DNA from: a virus
Lineage: Duplodnaviria > Caudoviricetes
Length of the DNA: 53,527 bases
Direction: 5' to 3' (one strand)
IMG/VR virus record: IMGVR_UViG_3300012232_000015
Span: 1 to 53,527 of that record
This document shows, one piece after another, positions 51,281-53,527 of this stretch. Below the pieces are notes generated by a model. The model saw nothing but the letters and a program-made list of their open reading frames with translations, was not told the DNA's origin and did not search any database. Positions within the stretch are counted from its first letter, which is position 1. Each line of letters begins with the position of its first letter. Position numbers and translations under genes: made by a program.

Positions 51281-51706
51281 ATGGTGTCAGTTTCCAATCA
51301 GACCGCGATCATTATGTGCGACGCCGCGGCCGACTCGGCCGACCTGGGGTCCACCAACCCGAGCGCCACTCTGGTGTTCTACTCCGGCACGCCGCCGATC
51401 AACGTCGACGCGGCACTGTCCGGGAACACTGTGCTGGCGCAGCTCGTCATGAGCAACCCGGCGTACGGCGCCGCGGTCGACTCCAATCCCGGCGCGACGG
51501 CGACGGCAGCCGCGATCGCCGACGACCTGGCCGCAGATGCGACCGGGACGTGCACCTTCGCCAGGACGCTGGACCGAGGCAACGTGCCGCGGCACCAGCA
51601 CACGGTCGGGACGTCCGGCACGGAGATCATCGTCGCCACGACGTCGTTCGTGGCGAACGCGCTCATCGAGGTCCAGTCCCTCACCATCAAGATGCCGGAG
51701 TCCTGA
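51281..51706 (+). CDS. Hypothetical virion protein
   Basis: GGAG RBS. YSGTPP...TVLAQL...ADATGT.TFAR...VGTSG pattern seen in tail-region proteins. Confidence 0.75.
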   Translation: MVSVSNQTAIIMCDAAADSADLGSTNPSATLVFYSGTPPINVDAALSGNTVLAQLVMSNPAYGAAVDSNPGATATAAAIADDLAADATGTCTFARTLDRGNVPRHQHTVGTSGTEIIVATTSFVANALIEVQSLTIKMPES

Positions 51707-51707
51707 C

Positions 51708-53021
51708 ATGCTGCGAGAGATTACTCGGGCCGCGATCGTTCTGGCCCTGCTGACGCCGCTCGAGTGTGCGGACTCGGGGCAGGCTGCTGACCTGAGCTTC
51801 CTCGTCATCAGGGCCGATCAGCTGCGGGCCTCCGCCCTCGGCTGCTACGGCGACGCCGTGGCGCTAACTCCGAACATCGACGCGCTGGCGGCGGAGGGGG
51901 TGAGGTACGTGAAGGCGTACAGCATCCCTGTGTGCTCTGCTCACCGGACGTCGTTCGACGTGGGGAAGCTGACGCACGCGTGCCCGAATCTCAACAAGTT
52001 GCACCCCGTCGACCGCACCACGTACGACATGCTACACGATGCCGGGTGGCGCACGGCGGAGATCGGCAAGTGGCACAAGACGCCGGTAAGTTTGCAGCTC
52101 TCCAACAAGGAGGTGGTGCCGACCGCCATCCTCGGCGGACTGGACTACCAGGCCGGGCACGAGCAGAAGCACGAGCTCGTGCTAAGCCAGTACTACGCCA
52201 ACGGCAGCTCGTCGCCGCTCCCCGCAGGTCAGTGGAGGCCGCAGAAGTACGTCGACCTGGCGAAGGCGCAGCTCGACTACGCGGCGATCAGCGGGCAGCC
52301 GTTCTACCTGATGCTGAACCTCGAGCAGCCGCACACTCCGTACGCGGACGTCGAGGGGACGCAGTGGGACGTCTTCGACTCCGGCGACGTGCCGGTGCCG
52401 GGAAACGTCCCGGCGGGCGCGCAGACCCAGGCGTCGGCCGACCTCGCCAGCTACTACTCCATGGTGCACTCCCTCGACGACGCCGTCGGGCAAGTGCTCG
52501 ATCACCTCGAGTCGCTCGGCCTGGACGACGAGACGATCGTGATCTTCACATCGGACCACGGCGCTCACGTCGGGGCGCACGGGCTCCTCGCCGTCAACCA
52601 GCAGAAGCGGACGCCCTACGAAGAGGCGACTCGCGTGCCGCTGATCATTCGCGAGCCGGGCGCTGAGCCGGCCGTCAGCGACGCGCTGTTCGGCACGGTG
52701 GACTTCAAGGTGCTGATCCTCGACCGGGCCGGCATCGAGGCGCCGCCGTCGCTGCACGGCTTCAAGCACGTGCCGGGCTCCCTGTACGTCCAGCACTATC
52801 TCGCCGACGAGACGCTCGACGGGCCGTGGCGAATGGTGGTGCGGGACGACGGGGTGAAGTACGCGGTCTCGGAAGGCTCACCGAGCGGGTGGCTGATGTT
52901 CGACACGGAGGCCGACCCGCTGGAGCTGACGAACCTCATCGGCACGAGCGACCCGCGAGAGGCGGAGATGCTCGCGCTTCTCCAAGAGTCGGCCGCGCTG
53001 GTAGGGGACACTCTCCCCTAG
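51708..53021 (+). CDS. Sulfatase (formylglycine-dependent family, CxAxR variant)
   Basis: ADQLR..LGCYG...TPNIDALAAEG, CSAHR, GKWH, PHTPY, IFTSDHG, YEEATRVPLI, DPLELTNL. Possible N-terminal signal peptide. Confidence 0.92.
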   Translation: MLREITRAAIVLALLTPLECADSGQAADLSFLVIRADQLRASALGCYGDAVALTPNIDALAAEGVRYVKAYSIPVCSAHRTSFDVGKLTHACPNLNKLHPVDRTTYDMLHDAGWRTAEIGKWHKTPVSLQLSNKEVVPTAILGGLDYQAGHEQKHELVLSQYYANGSSSPLPAGQWRPQKYVDLAKAQLDYAAISGQPFYLMLNLEQPHTPYADVEGTQWDVFDSGDVPVPGNVPAGAQTQASADLASYYSMVHSLDDAVGQVLDHLESLGLDDETIVIFTSDHGAHVGAHGLLAVNQQKRTPYEEATRVPLIIREPGAEPAVSDALFGTVDFKVLILDRAGIEAPPSLHGFKHVPGSLYVQHYLADETLDGPWRMVVRDDGVKYAVSEGSPSGWLMFDTEADPLELTNLIGTSDPREAEMLALLQESAALVGDTLP

Positions 53022-53031
53022 AGGGCGGTCC

Positions 53032-53527
53032 GTGGCCATCGAGATCTACGGCCGAACGATCGACGGGGCGACACCCGCCGCCACCGGGAATCAGTCGTAC
53101 GCAGTCGCCGGATTTGGGACGCCGGTGGCGGCGGTATGCATTGCCAGCCACGGGCAAGTCGCCGGCACCAAAAACACCAACGGCGCCAGCGGGTCTTGGG
53201 GCATCACCGACGGGTCGCAGCACAGGTGCGGGCACACTTGGTCGCGGACCGGCGTGAGCACAACCGTCGCGAAGCACGGCGGGACGGACGCGGCTGTCAT
53301 CCGAGTGTACTCGGCGAGCACTGGCGTGGTCATCGCGGAGGCAGTCTTCTCTGCGTGGGTGACCGATGGCGTCCAGCTGAACTGGACGGTCGTGCCGGCC
53401 ACGGCAATCCTCTTCTCGATCCTCATCCTCAACGGGGACGGCGTGTCGGCAGCGGCGCTGCACTGCCAGAGCGCGACCGGCGCGCCGCTAGACGTCGTCA
53501 CCACCAGCCCGATCGACGGCACATTCC
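53032..53527 (+). CDS. 5' part of a putative tail fibre/virion protein (truncated)
   Basis: GTG 53032, open to the window end. MAIEIYGRTIDGATPAATGNQSYAVAGFGTPVAA..., Ala/Thr/Gly-rich. Confidence 0.7.
   Translation, partial: MAIEIYGRTIDGATPAATGNQSYAVAGFGTPVAAVCIASHGQVAGTKNTNGASGSWGITDGSQHRCGHTWSRTGVSTTVAKHGGTDAAVIRVYSASTGVVIAEAVFSAWVTDGVQLNWTVVPATAILFSILILNGDGVSAAALHCQSATGAPLDVVTTSPIDGTF

Larger units (their letters stand above)
1..53527 (+). mobile_element. Tailed dsDNA bacteriophage (Caudoviricetes, siphovirus-like), partial genome
   Basis: Co-oriented replication, terminase, portal, protease, HK97 capsid, tail tube, tape measure and tail-tip genes. No host housekeeping genes and no integrase in the window. 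Confidence 0.97.

Overview
The window is a large part of a high-GC tailed dsDNA phage genome (HK97-fold capsid, siphovirus-type tail). All credible genes are on the + strand, mostly coupled by GTGA/ATGA overlaps, and the window starts and ends inside ORFs. No integrase, tRNA, rRNA or CRISPR array was seen. Gene order: (1) small early genes; (2) replication: SNF2 helicase, SSB-like protein, XRE regulator, CHC2-TOPRIM-MCM fusion, family A DNA polymerase, VRR-NUC nuclease; (3) interleaved nucleotide genes: two MazG-like pyrophosphatases, a ThyA-fold enzyme, a dNMP kinase, a dCMP deaminase, an atypical C5-cytosine methyltransferase homologue and a separate ThyX; (4) a ~220-bp nested inverted-repeat element with an AT-rich core; (5) terminase, small membrane/lipoprotein genes, portal-gpF fusion, protease, capsid; (6) tail genes with a DUF2163/NlpC-P60/host-specificity tip and an embedded sulfatase. 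The best candidate for an undescribed system is cytosine hypermodification. The ThyA-fold enzyme has the dCMP-specifying Asp while ThyX supplies dTMP, and the C5-MTase homologue has Lys where motif X normally has Asn, the substitution that makes engineered C5-MTases into carboxymethyltransferases. Other notable items are a ~40-aa domain shared by two distant ORFs, CpG/GCG-depleted islands inside genes, a TOPRIM domain lacking its catalytic Glu, a TerL with an apparent second dead ATPase domain, and glycan-active enzymes hinting at a Planctomycetota-like host. All assignments come from reading motifs by eye; no database searches were run.
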